The notes under the pieces were generated by a model. The model searched no databases, had not been told where the DNA came from, and saw nothing but the letters and a program-made list of their open reading frames with translations. Made by a program: the position numbers and the translations under genes. A DNA stretch of 64,000 nucleotides from an uncultured SAR86 cluster bacterium (GTDB lineage Bacteria > Pseudomonadota > Gammaproteobacteria > Magnimaribacterales > AG-339-G14), in contig CACFKX010000001.1 in assembly GCA_902566955.1 (NCBI GenBank), positions 1,813 through 65,812 of the forward strand, given 5' to 3'. Below, in pieces: positions 21,730 through 31,485 of the stretch. Positions within the stretch are counted from its first letter, which is position 1; every line of letters starts with the position of its first letter.

Positions 21730-22218
21730 TTGAAGTTTGGCTTAACAGGCGATACTCACAATAATTTGAAGAGTATCAGGAAAATTTGTTCAATTTTTAA
21801 TTCTTCAAAAGTTGACTTTGTTGTCCATACAGGAGACATAACTTTACCGAAATCTTTGGAGATGTTTTCTGAGCTTGAATCTCCTCTAATTGGGGTTTTT
21901 GGCAATAATGATCAAGGCGATAAAGATGAGCTTCGAAAAGTTAGCATCTTAAATGGATTTGATTTTTGTGACGGTCTAAGAGAAGAATGCATCGATGAAA
22001 AAAAAATCATTATAGTTCATGATCCAAATGATATTGATGAATCCTTTTATTTTAATGAATCAATAATTGTTCATGGTCATACACACAGATATAGAGATGA
22101 GAAAAAGGGTAATTCTCAGATCTTTAATCCTGGCGAGTGTGCAGGCATGTTCGAAGGGAAAAATTCAATCGGCATTGTTTCATTAGAGAAATCAAGAATG
22201 GAAATCTTAAAATTTTAG
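21730..22218 (+). CDS. YfcE/MJ0936-family metallophosphoesterase
   Basis: 162 aa, TTG start; GDTHNN, HTGDI, GNND and HGHTH metal-binding motifs. Confidence 0.7.
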   Translation: MKFGLTGDTHNNLKSIRKICSIFNSSKVDFVVHTGDITLPKSLEMFSELESPLIGVFGNNDQGDKDELRKVSILNGFDFCDGLREECIDEKKIIIVHDPNDIDESFYFNESIIVHGHTHRYRDEKKGNSQIFNPGECAGMFEGKNSIGIVSLEKSRMEILKF

Positions 22219-22511
22219 TTTCTTTTTTTTACCAAAAAATCAACAAATAGTATTATCAAAAATAATGCTATGAATGGTCTTAATAGTCTACTAATGTTTA
22301 AACTCTCTAACTCTAGCAAGTCAAAAATAGCAATTGAAATTATTGGAGCAAGGTCAGAGGCGCCAGGATAAAGGAACCAAGAGGAAATTAGTAAACTAAA
22401 AGTAAATGCGAAGATTAATTTTTTAAAATAAAAATTCCTTACAATTTTTCTTAAAGATAAAGATATAAGAATTGAAAGAATTAAATAAACTATCCAGGTT
22501 ACAAGAATCAT
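22215..22511 (-). CDS. Small integral membrane protein, unknown function
   Basis: 98 aa, about 3 hydrophobic helices; start overlaps the rnd stop by 4 nt, suggesting coupling. Confidence 0.4.
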   Translation of the reverse strand: MILVTWIVYLILSILISLSLRKIVRNFYFKKLIFAFTFSLLISSWFLYPGASDLAPIISIAIFDLLELESLNISRLLRPFIALFLIILFVDFLVKKRN

Positions 22512-23365
22512 TTTCCAATTTCGTTTAACAACTCACTCGAGAAGGTTTCATTTCCAAACAATTGATTTAAATAATTAATATCAGAACTTTCTATGCTAGA
22601 TAGAATTTTTTTTATATTTTTATCAGAAAATAAATGAGAAGGAGGAATGTTAAGTTGCTCAGATTTTTTTTCCCTCCATGATACTAACCTTCTCTCTTTT
22701 AAAGTTTTATTGGCATATTTCTTTAATCTAGAAATGGATAAACTCTGATTTCCAAGAGAAGCTTCTTTTCTAGATAAGTTAAAAACCTCATCAAGGAGAT
22801 TTTCTTTTTTTAAGAGCTTTAATTGTTTTTTGAATATTTCTATTAAGTATTGTGCATCTTTTGCTGCATAATCCAGTTGTTTTTCCGTTAGTGGCCTAAT
22901 AAGCCATCTTGAATTTGTCTCTGACTTATTAAGTTTAACGCCAAAGTATTTATAGACAATTTTTGCATAACTCAAGTTTTCTCCATTAGAAAGAAGTTTT
23001 TCAGCAACTTGAATGTCAAACGCATTTTTTATTTCTATTCCTATTGCCTTTGAAAGTAATGTTGTATCACTCCTAGCAGAATGGAAAATTACAAGAATTT
23101 CATTGTTTTGAAGAATTTCTACAAGTTCATCGAGGATCTCTAATTTTTGACAATCTATTAAGAAAATTTGTTTTAGAGTGGATATTTGAATTAAGGATGG
23201 AATCGGAAAGTATGTATTCCTCCATTCAAATTCTGTATCTATCCCAATTATTTGAATTTCATTCAAACTCCTTACCAAATGGGCTAGTCCTTGGTTTTCC
23301 TCTACTAGAACTACTTTCTTCTTTAAAAAGAAATAGTTAAAAAAATTTAAAGTTTTATTAATCAA
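22508..23365 (-). CDS. rnd: Ribonuclease D-like 3'-5' exonuclease (short form)
   Basis: 285 aa; DEDD motifs (IGIDTEFEW, HSARSD, YAAKDAQYL) plus an HRDC-like C-terminus. Confidence 0.7.
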   Translation of the reverse strand: MINKTLNFFNYFFLKKKVVLVEENQGLAHLVRSLNEIQIIGIDTEFEWRNTYFPIPSLIQISTLKQIFLIDCQKLEILDELVEILQNNEILVIFHSARSDTTLLSKAIGIEIKNAFDIQVAEKLLSNGENLSYAKIVYKYFGVKLNKSETNSRWLIRPLTEKQLDYAAKDAQYLIEIFKKQLKLLKKENLLDEVFNLSRKEASLGNQSLSISRLKKYANKTLKERRLVSWREKKSEQLNIPPSHLFSDKNIKKILSSIESSDINYLNQLFGNETFSSELLNEIGK

Positions 23366-23430
23366 TATTTTTTATTATAAATATAATAATCTCATTAAGT
23401 TATCAAAAATCAGATAAATAATTAATCTGT

Positions 23431-24069
23431 ATGGAAAATTTCTACGCAAAAAATTTAAATGAAGCAGCTGGTTTATGCTACGAATTATTAAAAGTAGAGC
23501 TAGAAAATGACTTGCGAAAATTTCTGTTAATCACTGGAGGTGGGTTTGGATTTGAATTTGCAAAAATCCTTAATTCAAAAATAATCAATATGGCTAATAA
23601 GCATTTGATTCTATCAGATGAGAGAGTTACACATTTATCCACCGAAAAAAACCTTCACATCATTATTAAAATACTCAATAAGTTGGGTCCTAAAAAAAAT
23701 AATTTTTATTTTAAATTTGATGAATTGAATTCTGATTACAAAACTAATATGCCGATCCTTCAGTTCATGCCTGATTATTCAATTTTAAGTTTAGGAGATG
23801 ATGGACATTTAGCTGGTCACTTCCATAATTCAATAAGAATAAATAAATGCTTTTGCTACACGGATGATGCTCCAAAAAAACCATCCAATAGAATAAGCTT
23901 TAGGGTGCCTTGGATCATGGCTGCCAAAAAAATAGTTATAGCCGCGATGGGTATACACAAGAAAGACGCTCTTCAAGAAATTATGGAGTTCAAGGGAGTG
24001 CATGGTGAGATTTTAAAAAAAAATGAAGATAAAGTTCTGATAATCTCTGACTTATTTCAGGAGACCTAA
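23431..24069 (+). CDS. 6-phosphogluconolactonase / glucosamine-6-P isomerase family protein
   Basis: 212 aa; LSDERV and LGDDGHLAGHF resemble the 6PGL DER / G.DGH.AS.F motifs. Confidence 0.55.
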   Translation: MENFYAKNLNEAAGLCYELLKVELENDLRKFLLITGGGFGFEFAKILNSKIINMANKHLILSDERVTHLSTEKNLHIIIKILNKLGPKKNNFYFKFDELNSDYKTNMPILQFMPDYSILSLGDDGHLAGHFHNSIRINKCFCYTDDAPKKPSNRISFRVPWIMAAKKIVIAAMGIHKKDALQEIMEFKGVHGEILKKNEDKVLIISDLFQET

Positions 24070-24956
24070 AGGAGATCTTTGATGATTTTTGAAACAAATT
24101 TTTTCGTATCTTTCCTTCTGATAGCAGTTGATAAAATAGCTTTCAAATAACCTTCTTTTTCTCCGCAATCGAAACATTCTCCAGTTAATTCAGAGGCATA
24201 AACAGTACTTTCAGTCTTAATCAAATTATTAATTGAATCAGTCAGCTCTATTTCTTTATTTTTTCTAATTTTTTTATCAGGAATAAAATCAAATATTTCA
24301 GGCAAAAAAATGTATCTACCAACCGCAGCATAGTTAGAGGGAGCTCTATCTATAGATGGTTTTTCAACTATTAACTCAATCTCTTGTATACGATTTTTAG
24401 AATTAAAGCTTTTTTTAAGCTTTGCAATACCAAACTTTTTTATATCGGCCCTTTTAACTTTCTCCAATAAAATATAGTTTCCAGGTTTTGACTCAAAGCT
24501 TTTTTTTAAGAAAGAGAGATTATCTTGTTTTAAATTGCAAGAAACATCATGCATAACCCTATCGGGTAAAACAACAGCAAAAGGCTTGTTCCCAATAAAG
24601 TTCTTTGCAATTTTAATTGCATGACCCAGACCGAATGCTTCACCTTGTCTCACTGAAGAAATTTCAATTTTTTGATTAGAAATACTTCTAACCTCTTTTA
24701 GTGAGGATCTTTTTATCCTTTTCTCTAAAGTAGCTTCTAGCTCAAAACTTTTATCAAAATGATTTTCTACTGAGTTTTTACTTGAATGGGTAACAAATAT
24801 TATTTTCTTAAAACCTGACAGGATTATTTCCTCAACTACATATTGAATTATTGGTTTATCAACAATTGGGAGCATTTCCTTTGGAATCGCCTTGGTAGCA
24901 GGCAACATTCTTGTTCCCAATCCTGCTACAGGAATTATTACGGTATCTAATTTCAT
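24066..24956 (-). CDS. galU: UTP--glucose-1-phosphate uridylyltransferase
   Basis: 296 aa; IPVAGLGTRMLPATKAIPKEMLPIVDKPIIQY and VEKP motifs. Confidence 0.85.
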   Translation of the reverse strand: MKLDTVIIPVAGLGTRMLPATKAIPKEMLPIVDKPIIQYVVEEIILSGFKKIIFVTHSSKNSVENHFDKSFELEATLEKRIKRSSLKEVRSISNQKIEISSVRQGEAFGLGHAIKIAKNFIGNKPFAVVLPDRVMHDVSCNLKQDNLSFLKKSFESKPGNYILLEKVKRADIKKFGIAKLKKSFNSKNRIQEIELIVEKPSIDRAPSNYAAVGRYIFLPEIFDFIPDKKIRKNKEIELTDSINNLIKTESTVYASELTGECFDCGEKEGYLKAILSTAIRRKDTKKFVSKIIKDLL

Positions 24957-24962
24957 TTGTAT

Positions 24963-25736
24963 TTAAAAATTTAATCTTTCAATATCATCCTCAACTGTTT
25001 TTTCCCCATATTGAATTTCTATAATTTTGCATTCTTTTTCTGAATTATTAATAATTTGATGCCATTCACCGACCTTTATTTTAAATGTATCGAATTTAGA
25101 TAAGTTAAATTCCTCAGCATTTTCAATTTCATCTTTGCTATGCTTGACCTTGCATGAACCTTCAGAGATAAACCAAATTTCAGAACGTTTAAAATGCCTT
25201 TGGAAACTCATCTTCTTATTTGGTTCTATTATTAGCTCTTTAACTTTAATGTTATTTTCATGAAAAAGATTTATGAAATGGCCCCATTTTCTTTGTTCAG
25301 TTCCATAATGCCAATTTTTAAGGATTGAACTACTCGAGTTCATTTTTTTATCTCCTCCAACTGAAAATAAAAATGATACTCCTTCAACTTTCATTTCAGG
25401 TATGTTTGTCTTATTCCTATCTCCACCATTACAAAAAATAATTTCGCTATCTTTATGCAAAATCTTAATTTTTTCCAATGCATTAATACACGTTCCCTCT
25501 TTATCGTCTTCAAAACCGATTACTTCATCCACAAAGTAAAGATTTTCTAATATTATTTTTCTCTCATTAAATTCTAAAAAGTATTTCCCTTTCTTCTTTT
25601 GCAACCACTCGTTACTATTCAAAGCAACAATCAAGTAATCTCCTTTCTCTGAAGCCTCTTTCAAATATGATACATGACCTGAATGGATTGGATCGAATCC
25701 CCCACTTACAACAACTATTCTTCTTCTATCAGCCAT
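24963..25736 (-). CDS. Fusion: cytidylyl/adenylyltransferase domain plus type II PMI-like cupin domain
   Basis: N-terminus GGFDPIHSGHVSYL (HxGH nucleotidyltransferase); C-terminus RKWGHF...KMSFQRHFKRSEIWFISEG...DDIERL, a cupin as in GMP/PMI C-termini. Confidence 0.65.
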   Translation of the reverse strand: MADRRRIVVVSGGFDPIHSGHVSYLKEASEKGDYLIVALNSNEWLQKKKGKYFLEFNERKIILENLYFVDEVIGFEDDKEGTCINALEKIKILHKDSEIIFCNGGDRNKTNIPEMKVEGVSFLFSVGGDKKMNSSSSILKNWHYGTEQRKWGHFINLFHENNIKVKELIIEPNKKMSFQRHFKRSEIWFISEGSCKVKHSKDEIENAEEFNLSKFDTFKIKVGEWHQIINNSEKECKIIEIQYGEKTVEDDIERLNF

Positions 25737-26511
25737 TTTTGATTGAATATTTTTTTGCTCTATTTATTTCCTTCAACCTGTAAAAAAATTTAGAAATCAG
25801 ATTCAATGGATTAAATTTAATATTATTTTTTTTTAAAGATTTAATACTTTCATAATTTTTTTGAATCAAAGCTTGAAATCCTGAATTACTGAATCCTCCA
25901 TCAGACATAATTACTATAGTTTCATTAATATAGCGATACTTAAGATTATGTTTATATAAACACCTCAAAACAAAATCAAAATCTGAAGACATAGGGAAGT
26001 CTAAATCAAAATTTTTCACCAAATTTAAATGCCTTCTTCTGAAATAGAATGAAGGATGTGGCGGCATAATCAAATATTTGAAGAAATCTAATTCAAAATT
26101 GGCTGAAGAATAGTGCCTTCGAGGATTCTTAAATTTCAAATCATCAACAATCAAAACATCACCAAATGTACAATCAATGTCAACATGAAAATTATTAAAA
26201 ATCGTTTCTAGGGTATTTTTAGAATTCAACATATCATCGGAATTAAGAAACCCGATAATTTCTCCATTGGATAAGGCAAGACCTTTATTCATTCCATCAT
26301 AAATCCCTTTATCAGGTTCTGAAATTAACTTTATCCTTTGATCTTCGAATTGTTTAATAATTTCTATTGTTTTATCTGATGATGATCCGTCTATTATTAT
26401 TAACTCAAAATCAGTATAAGTTTGAGATAAAACTGAATTTATTGAATCTAATATGGTTTTTTCTGAATTATAAGATACTGTAATCAATGAAAATTTCGGG
26501 GCATTTATCAC
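25729..26511 (-). CDS. Family 2 glycosyltransferase
   Basis: 260 aa; SLITVSYNSEKTILDSINSVLSQTY..ELIIIDGSSSD and DxD (NSDD). Confidence 0.8.
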   Translation of the reverse strand: MINAPKFSLITVSYNSEKTILDSINSVLSQTYTDFELIIIDGSSSDKTIEIIKQFEDQRIKLISEPDKGIYDGMNKGLALSNGEIIGFLNSDDMLNSKNTLETIFNNFHVDIDCTFGDVLIVDDLKFKNPRRHYSSANFELDFFKYLIMPPHPSFYFRRRHLNLVKNFDLDFPMSSDFDFVLRCLYKHNLKYRYINETIVIMSDGGFSNSGFQALIQKNYESIKSLKKNNIKFNPLNLISKFFYRLKEINRAKKYSIKNG

Positions 26512-27512
26512 GATGTTTTTTCTACTTGCTCATTAATCCATTCGTATGTTTTTTTCATACCTGTTTCCAAAGGTTGGCTAACTACCCAACCAATTTTTTC
26601 TTTAAACATTTTATTGTCTGAATTTCTTCCCCTAACTCCTTGAGGACAACTAAATCCATATTTTTTTCTGAATCTCTCACCTTCAATGTTATCAATTTTT
26701 AAATTTTTATTGGAATAGCTTATAGCCATTTTTGCTAAATTATTAATAGAAATCATTTCTTCAGATCCAATATTAACAGGACCTTGAAAATTAGAGTCCA
26801 TTAACCTTCTGGTAGCTTCGATACATTCATCAATGTAGAGAAAAGACCTTGTTTGGTTTCCGTCTCCCCAGACTTCAATCTCTCCATTATTTTTTGATTC
26901 GGAAACTTTTCTGCAAATGGCAGCTGGCGCCTTTTCTTTTCCCCCTGTCCAAGTTCCTTCAGGACCAAATATATTGTGATATCGTGCAATTCTAACTTCG
27001 ATTCCATAATTTCTTGAAAAAGCTAGCCAAAGCCTTTCACTAAATAACTTTTCCCAGCCATATTCTGAATCAGGAGCAGCTGGATATGCGGATTCTTCTG
27101 AACAGATTGGATTGTTTGGATCTGTTTGATTATATTCTGGATACATGCATGCTGAAGACGAATAAAAAACTTTGCTAATTTTATGTTTTACGCATTGTTC
27201 TGAAATATTGAGATTTATTAGTGAAGAATTATGCATAACATTAGCATCATTTTCTCCCGTAAAAATATATCCAGCTCCGCCCATGTCTGCTGCAAATTGA
27301 TAAACCTCGTCTATTGAATCATCAAAAATCCTTTCGCAAAAATCTTGGTTTGTTAAGTCTCCCAATAATTCATCATCTGCTACTGAATTTATGTTGATGA
27401 ATTCGTGCTTTTTTATATCAACACTTCTAACCCAATGACCTTCCTCCTTAAGCCTTTTGACCATTGCGCCGCCTATGAATCCTCCACCACCGCATACAAG
27501 TATTTTTTTCAT
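26508..27512 (-). CDS. NAD-dependent sugar epimerase, GDP-mannose 3,5-epimerase-like
   Basis: 334 aa; GGGGFIGG Rossmann motif, FAADMGGAGYIF (plant GME has AADMGGMGFI), SSACMYP. Confidence 0.6.
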   Translation of the reverse strand: MKKILVCGGGGFIGGAMVKRLKEEGHWVRSVDIKKHEFININSVADDELLGDLTNQDFCERIFDDSIDEVYQFAADMGGAGYIFTGENDANVMHNSSLINLNISEQCVKHKISKVFYSSSACMYPEYNQTDPNNPICSEESAYPAAPDSEYGWEKLFSERLWLAFSRNYGIEVRIARYHNIFGPEGTWTGGKEKAPAAICRKVSESKNNGEIEVWGDGNQTRSFLYIDECIEATRRLMDSNFQGPVNIGSEEMISINNLAKMAISYSNKNLKIDNIEGERFRKKYGFSCPQGVRGRNSDNKMFKEKIGWVVSQPLETGMKKTYEWINEQVEKTS

Positions 27513-27545
27513 GCTGCGATTATATATATAAAGATAATTTTGTGT

Positions 27546-28514
27546 TCAACTATCTTCTTTTAGCAACCAAGAAATGGTTTTCTTTACGCCCTCTTCCATT
27601 GTAATTTGAGCTTCTTCATCCTTTTTTTGAATCAAATTCTCCTCAAAAACCGCCTCTGTTAGCATATTGTTTAATCTAAAATTATTTATAGGAAAAGGAA
27701 TTCTTAAAATACTCATGAAGTCTCCTAAATGGGCAGCTAACTTTAATAGAAACAATGGGACTTCAATAATCTTTTTTGATCCAAACTGATTAGAAATCTC
27801 TACAGACCAGTCAGACAATCCTAATGGCTCATAATCATGAATATAAACAATTTTTTTTGAGAAAAAAGATTCATCATTAAAGATAAGTGTTTTAATTTGA
27901 CTCACTGAATTATCTATAAAACCATAGGATCTTTTAGTATTAATATTTTTAGGTAGAAAAAATAAATTCTTCCTAATCATATTAAAAAAGCCTTTATAGG
28001 GGTCGCCAAACCATGGCCCCCAAATTGAAGTCGGCCTAATAATAGTCCAATCTATTGAGTCCGAGATTGATTTTCTTAAGATAATTTCTGCGTTTGCCTT
28101 ACTCTCTCCGTAGATTGTTGAGGGACAAAAGTCTATATCTGTTTTGGGTTTGTAGCCTAGTTTACAAACCAACATTGAAGAGCAAAATATTATTTTTTTT
28201 ACTGAATTAATCTCATTACAACACAAGATAATATTTCTTGAGCCTTCTGTATTAGAATCGTAATCTTTCAACTTCTTTCCGCTTAGGTCAGTTCTTGCTG
28301 CTAAATGAATAACAATATCAGGCTTAAAATTGGTAAAAATCTCGTCTAGTGATTGCTTATCTTTTATATCAACTCTCTTAAAATAAGGATAATGATCAGA
28401 AATTTTTGGATCGTCTACATCTATAGTTAAAATTTCAACATCATCTGAAATAAGCGAACTCACTAGATTTGTTCCTATAAATCCTGAGCCACCTGTAACA
28501 AGAACTTTTTTCAT
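27546..28514 (-). CDS. NAD-dependent epimerase/dehydratase (SDR)
   Basis: 322 aa; VTGGSGFIGTNLV and a YGESK catalytic motif. Confidence 0.7.
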   Translation of the reverse strand: MKKVLVTGGSGFIGTNLVSSLISDDVEILTIDVDDPKISDHYPYFKRVDIKDKQSLDEIFTNFKPDIVIHLAARTDLSGKKLKDYDSNTEGSRNIILCCNEINSVKKIIFCSSMLVCKLGYKPKTDIDFCPSTIYGESKANAEIILRKSISDSIDWTIIRPTSIWGPWFGDPYKGFFNMIRKNLFFLPKNINTKRSYGFIDNSVSQIKTLIFNDESFFSKKIVYIHDYEPLGLSDWSVEISNQFGSKKIIEVPLFLLKLAAHLGDFMSILRIPFPINNFRLNNMLTEAVFEENLIQKKDEEAQITMEEGVKKTISWLLKEDS

Positions 28515-29722
28515 TTTAATATTTCCAAATAGTTCCTGATCATTTTTGATGCTGCAATTTCCCAGCTATTACTTTTTATAAATGAATGTATCTTTTCTTT
28601 GACGATTATTTTTTCATTTTTTGGCATGTTGAGAAAATGCAATGAATTTTTAGCAAATTGATCGATTTTAAGATCTGATAATCTACCTATACCGACTTTA
28701 TCAAGATCTTTCCAAGGAGTATTTTTTGATGTAACAACAGGGATACCATGACCTAATGCTTCTGCTATAGACATTCCAAAATTCTCTGATTTCGATGGAA
28801 GAACTAACAGTTCTGCATCATTAAAAAATTCTTCTTTAGAATCTCCTGATAATTCCCCAAGAAAATGAACGTTATCAGATATTTTTAATTTTTTGATAAG
28901 TTTATTTATTTGTGCTTTATATGACTGTGATTCAAATTCTCCCCCGATAAACAATGATGCTCTTGGAACTATTTCAGTAATTTGTTTCATCATTTCAATA
29001 GCTATATGCAACCCTTTGTGTTCAATTAACCTAGCTAAGAAAATTATTTTACTTTCATTATTCTGACCTTGATGCTTATCAAAATTTTCTTTATGCAACT
29101 TACTTGCGCTTTCTACATGATCTATACCATGTGGTATCACAACGATGGGTATATCAAATTTTTGTTTACTTAAAAGCTCTCTCTCTAGTTCAGATGTTGC
29201 ATGAATAATAGACGAATTTTTCATTAATTTTTTTAATAAAAAATTCCAGTATATTTTTTTTAAGAAATAATTTTTGGACAAAGCTTCCTCAAAAAGCATT
29301 CCCCTGGGTGAAATGATAGAAAATATATTTTTTCTTCTAGATATTATTAGTGAAATTAAAGTAGAAAACCTCCAAATACCATTTATATGGAAAATAATAT
29401 TTTCTTTAGTTTTTGATTTTGAGAAAATTTTTTTATAAAAAGAATATGAGAATAAAAAAAATTTATCAAAAAATATATTTGAGTTATGAATCTCATAAGT
29501 CAAATTAAATAGGTCAAGAAGATCATTTCTCATGCTTTCATTTCTATTTTTAACGATTTCTATCTCTACATCTACACCGAGCTCTTTAAGAGAGTGACAC
29601 ATCCTTGGAATGGAGCTTGCAGGTCCTCCAAAGGATATATCTAAATTTTCACAAATATAAATTACTTTCAAATTATGTTTTTTATTTTTAAAAGTTAACA
29701 AAAAAAAGTACAATTCTATCAA
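28511..29722 (-). CDS. Family 4 (GT-B) glycosyltransferase
   Basis: 403 aa; PSKSENFGMSIAEALGHGIPVVTS matches the GT4 EX7E region. Confidence 0.75.
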   Translation of the reverse strand: MIELYFFLLTFKNKKHNLKVIYICENLDISFGGPASSIPRMCHSLKELGVDVEIEIVKNRNESMRNDLLDLFNLTYEIHNSNIFFDKFFLFSYSFYKKIFSKSKTKENIIFHINGIWRFSTLISLIISRRKNIFSIISPRGMLFEEALSKNYFLKKIYWNFLLKKLMKNSSIIHATSELERELLSKQKFDIPIVVIPHGIDHVESASKLHKENFDKHQGQNNESKIIFLARLIEHKGLHIAIEMMKQITEIVPRASLFIGGEFESQSYKAQINKLIKKLKISDNVHFLGELSGDSKEEFFNDAELLVLPSKSENFGMSIAEALGHGIPVVTSKNTPWKDLDKVGIGRLSDLKIDQFAKNSLHFLNMPKNEKIIVKEKIHSFIKSNSWEIAASKMIRNYLEILK

Positions 29723-29751
29723 TCATTACTTGTTCGTAATACTCTTAAAAA

Positions 29752-31485
29752 ATGCCTAATATTTCCCTCGGTATATCTTATAACCATCCTGATTCGGCTG
29801 TTGCATTATGCGTTGATGGCGAAATAGTTGCTGCTGCAGAAGAGGAAAGGTTTAATAGAATAAAACATAGTGCCGAATTTCCTAATCTTGCTATAAAAAA
29901 TATCTTAGATTTTGTTGGTATACAGCCTGATGAAATTGATCAAATTTGCATTAATTCTAATCCTACTTTTTATTCAAATCTAAACAGGCTTTTTAGGGAC
30001 AGTTTTAAAAATAATTTAAGCAAATTAATCAACAAAAGTAAGGATATAAAATTAAAAGATCACCTCAAAAAATTAGATTTGCATGAAAAGCCTATAAGAA
30101 GTTTTGAACATCACCTTTGTCACTTAGCTTCTGCAGTTTATGAAAGTGGATTTGTTGAAGCTACTGCTGTGTCTATCGATGCCCTAGGGGATGGCGTTTC
30201 CGCATCAATGGCAAAGTTTGATAGTAATAAAAAATTGAAAATAGATGAAAGAATTTTTTTTCCTAATTCTTTAGGTTATTTTTATGAGACTATGACACAT
30301 TATTTAGGATTTCCATACTGGGGTGATGAGTACAAAGTAATGGGCTTATCTGCATATGGTGAACCTAAGTACATAGATTTGTTAAGAAAGTTCTTTTTTG
30401 AATTGAAAATTAATAATTTTGATTTAAAAATTAATAGTAAGCTGATTAATCAAAATAAAAATTTTAGTTTTATTTATGGCAATAATGTAAAAGTAAATTC
30501 TCTTGTTAATGCAGAGCTTGAAAAACTTTTAGGAAAGGCAAGAAATAAAGAAGAGAATTTAACTCAATTTCACAAAGACGTAGCTGCTTCAACTCAAAAA
30601 GTCTTTGAGGAAGAAGCAAATAAGCTCCTTTTTTCAGCATTTGATAAGACTAAATGTCCCAAACTTGCTTTGGCTGGCGGATGTGCCATGAATTCTCTCT
30701 GGAACGGAAAAATAACCGATCAAACTCCATTTGATCAAATATTTATACCTGCAGCTGCTGGAGATGCAGGTGGCGCTTGCGGAGCTGCTTACTTGGGAAA
30801 TTTTGAATTAAAATCATTTGATTCTAAAAAAACTAGAAATATCAATGCCTCTCTAGGGATTGGCTATTCAAATGAATTCATAAAAAAGACTATTGATAAT
30901 GTCAATTTCAAAGATGATATAAAAATTTCATACTTCGAAAATGACGATGAACAAGTTGATTTTTTAACTGATCAGATTATAAATGGAAAAGTTTTGGGAT
31001 GGTTTTCTGGAAGAATGGAATGGGGCCCAAGGGCATTAGGAAATAGATCAATCATTGCAGATCCAAGAAGAACGGATATGCAAAAGCTATTAAATCTTAA
31101 AATTAAAAAAAGAGAATCTTTTAGACCTTTTGCTCCATCTATATTGAGAGAGAAAGTTTTAGAGTGGTTTGAAAAAAGTGATGATGTCCCCTTCATGATG
31201 CAAGTTTTCAAAATCAGAGAAGATAAAAGAAAAATTATTCCATCAGTTTGTCATGCTGATAATACAGGAAGACTTCAAACAGTTACCGAAGACCAAAATA
31301 AGAGATACTACAAGTTGATAAATTCTTTTGACAACAAGACAGGTGTTCCTATTCTATTAAACACTTCTTTTAATGAGCAAGAACCTATAGTTTGCTCTCC
31401 AGAAGAAGCTATCGATACTTTTGTAAGAACAAAAATGGATATTTTATCTCTTGAAAATTATGTTCTTGAGAGAAGATCTAATTAA
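29752..31485 (+). CDS. NodU/CmcH-family carbamoyltransferase
   Basis: 577 aa; LGISYNHPDSAVALCVDGEIVAAAEEERFNRIKH N-terminus and C-terminal GPRALGNRSI...DNTGRLQTV...NTSFN. Confidence 0.85.
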   Translation: MPNISLGISYNHPDSAVALCVDGEIVAAAEEERFNRIKHSAEFPNLAIKNILDFVGIQPDEIDQICINSNPTFYSNLNRLFRDSFKNNLSKLINKSKDIKLKDHLKKLDLHEKPIRSFEHHLCHLASAVYESGFVEATAVSIDALGDGVSASMAKFDSNKKLKIDERIFFPNSLGYFYETMTHYLGFPYWGDEYKVMGLSAYGEPKYIDLLRKFFFELKINNFDLKINSKLINQNKNFSFIYGNNVKVNSLVNAELEKLLGKARNKEENLTQFHKDVAASTQKVFEEEANKLLFSAFDKTKCPKLALAGGCAMNSLWNGKITDQTPFDQIFIPAAAGDAGGACGAAYLGNFELKSFDSKKTRNINASLGIGYSNEFIKKTIDNVNFKDDIKISYFENDDEQVDFLTDQIINGKVLGWFSGRMEWGPRALGNRSIIADPRRTDMQKLLNLKIKKRESFRPFAPSILREKVLEWFEKSDDVPFMMQVFKIREDKRKIIPSVCHADNTGRLQTVTEDQNKRYYKLINSFDNKTGVPILLNTSFNEQEPIVCSPEEAIDTFVRTKMDILSLENYVLERRSN

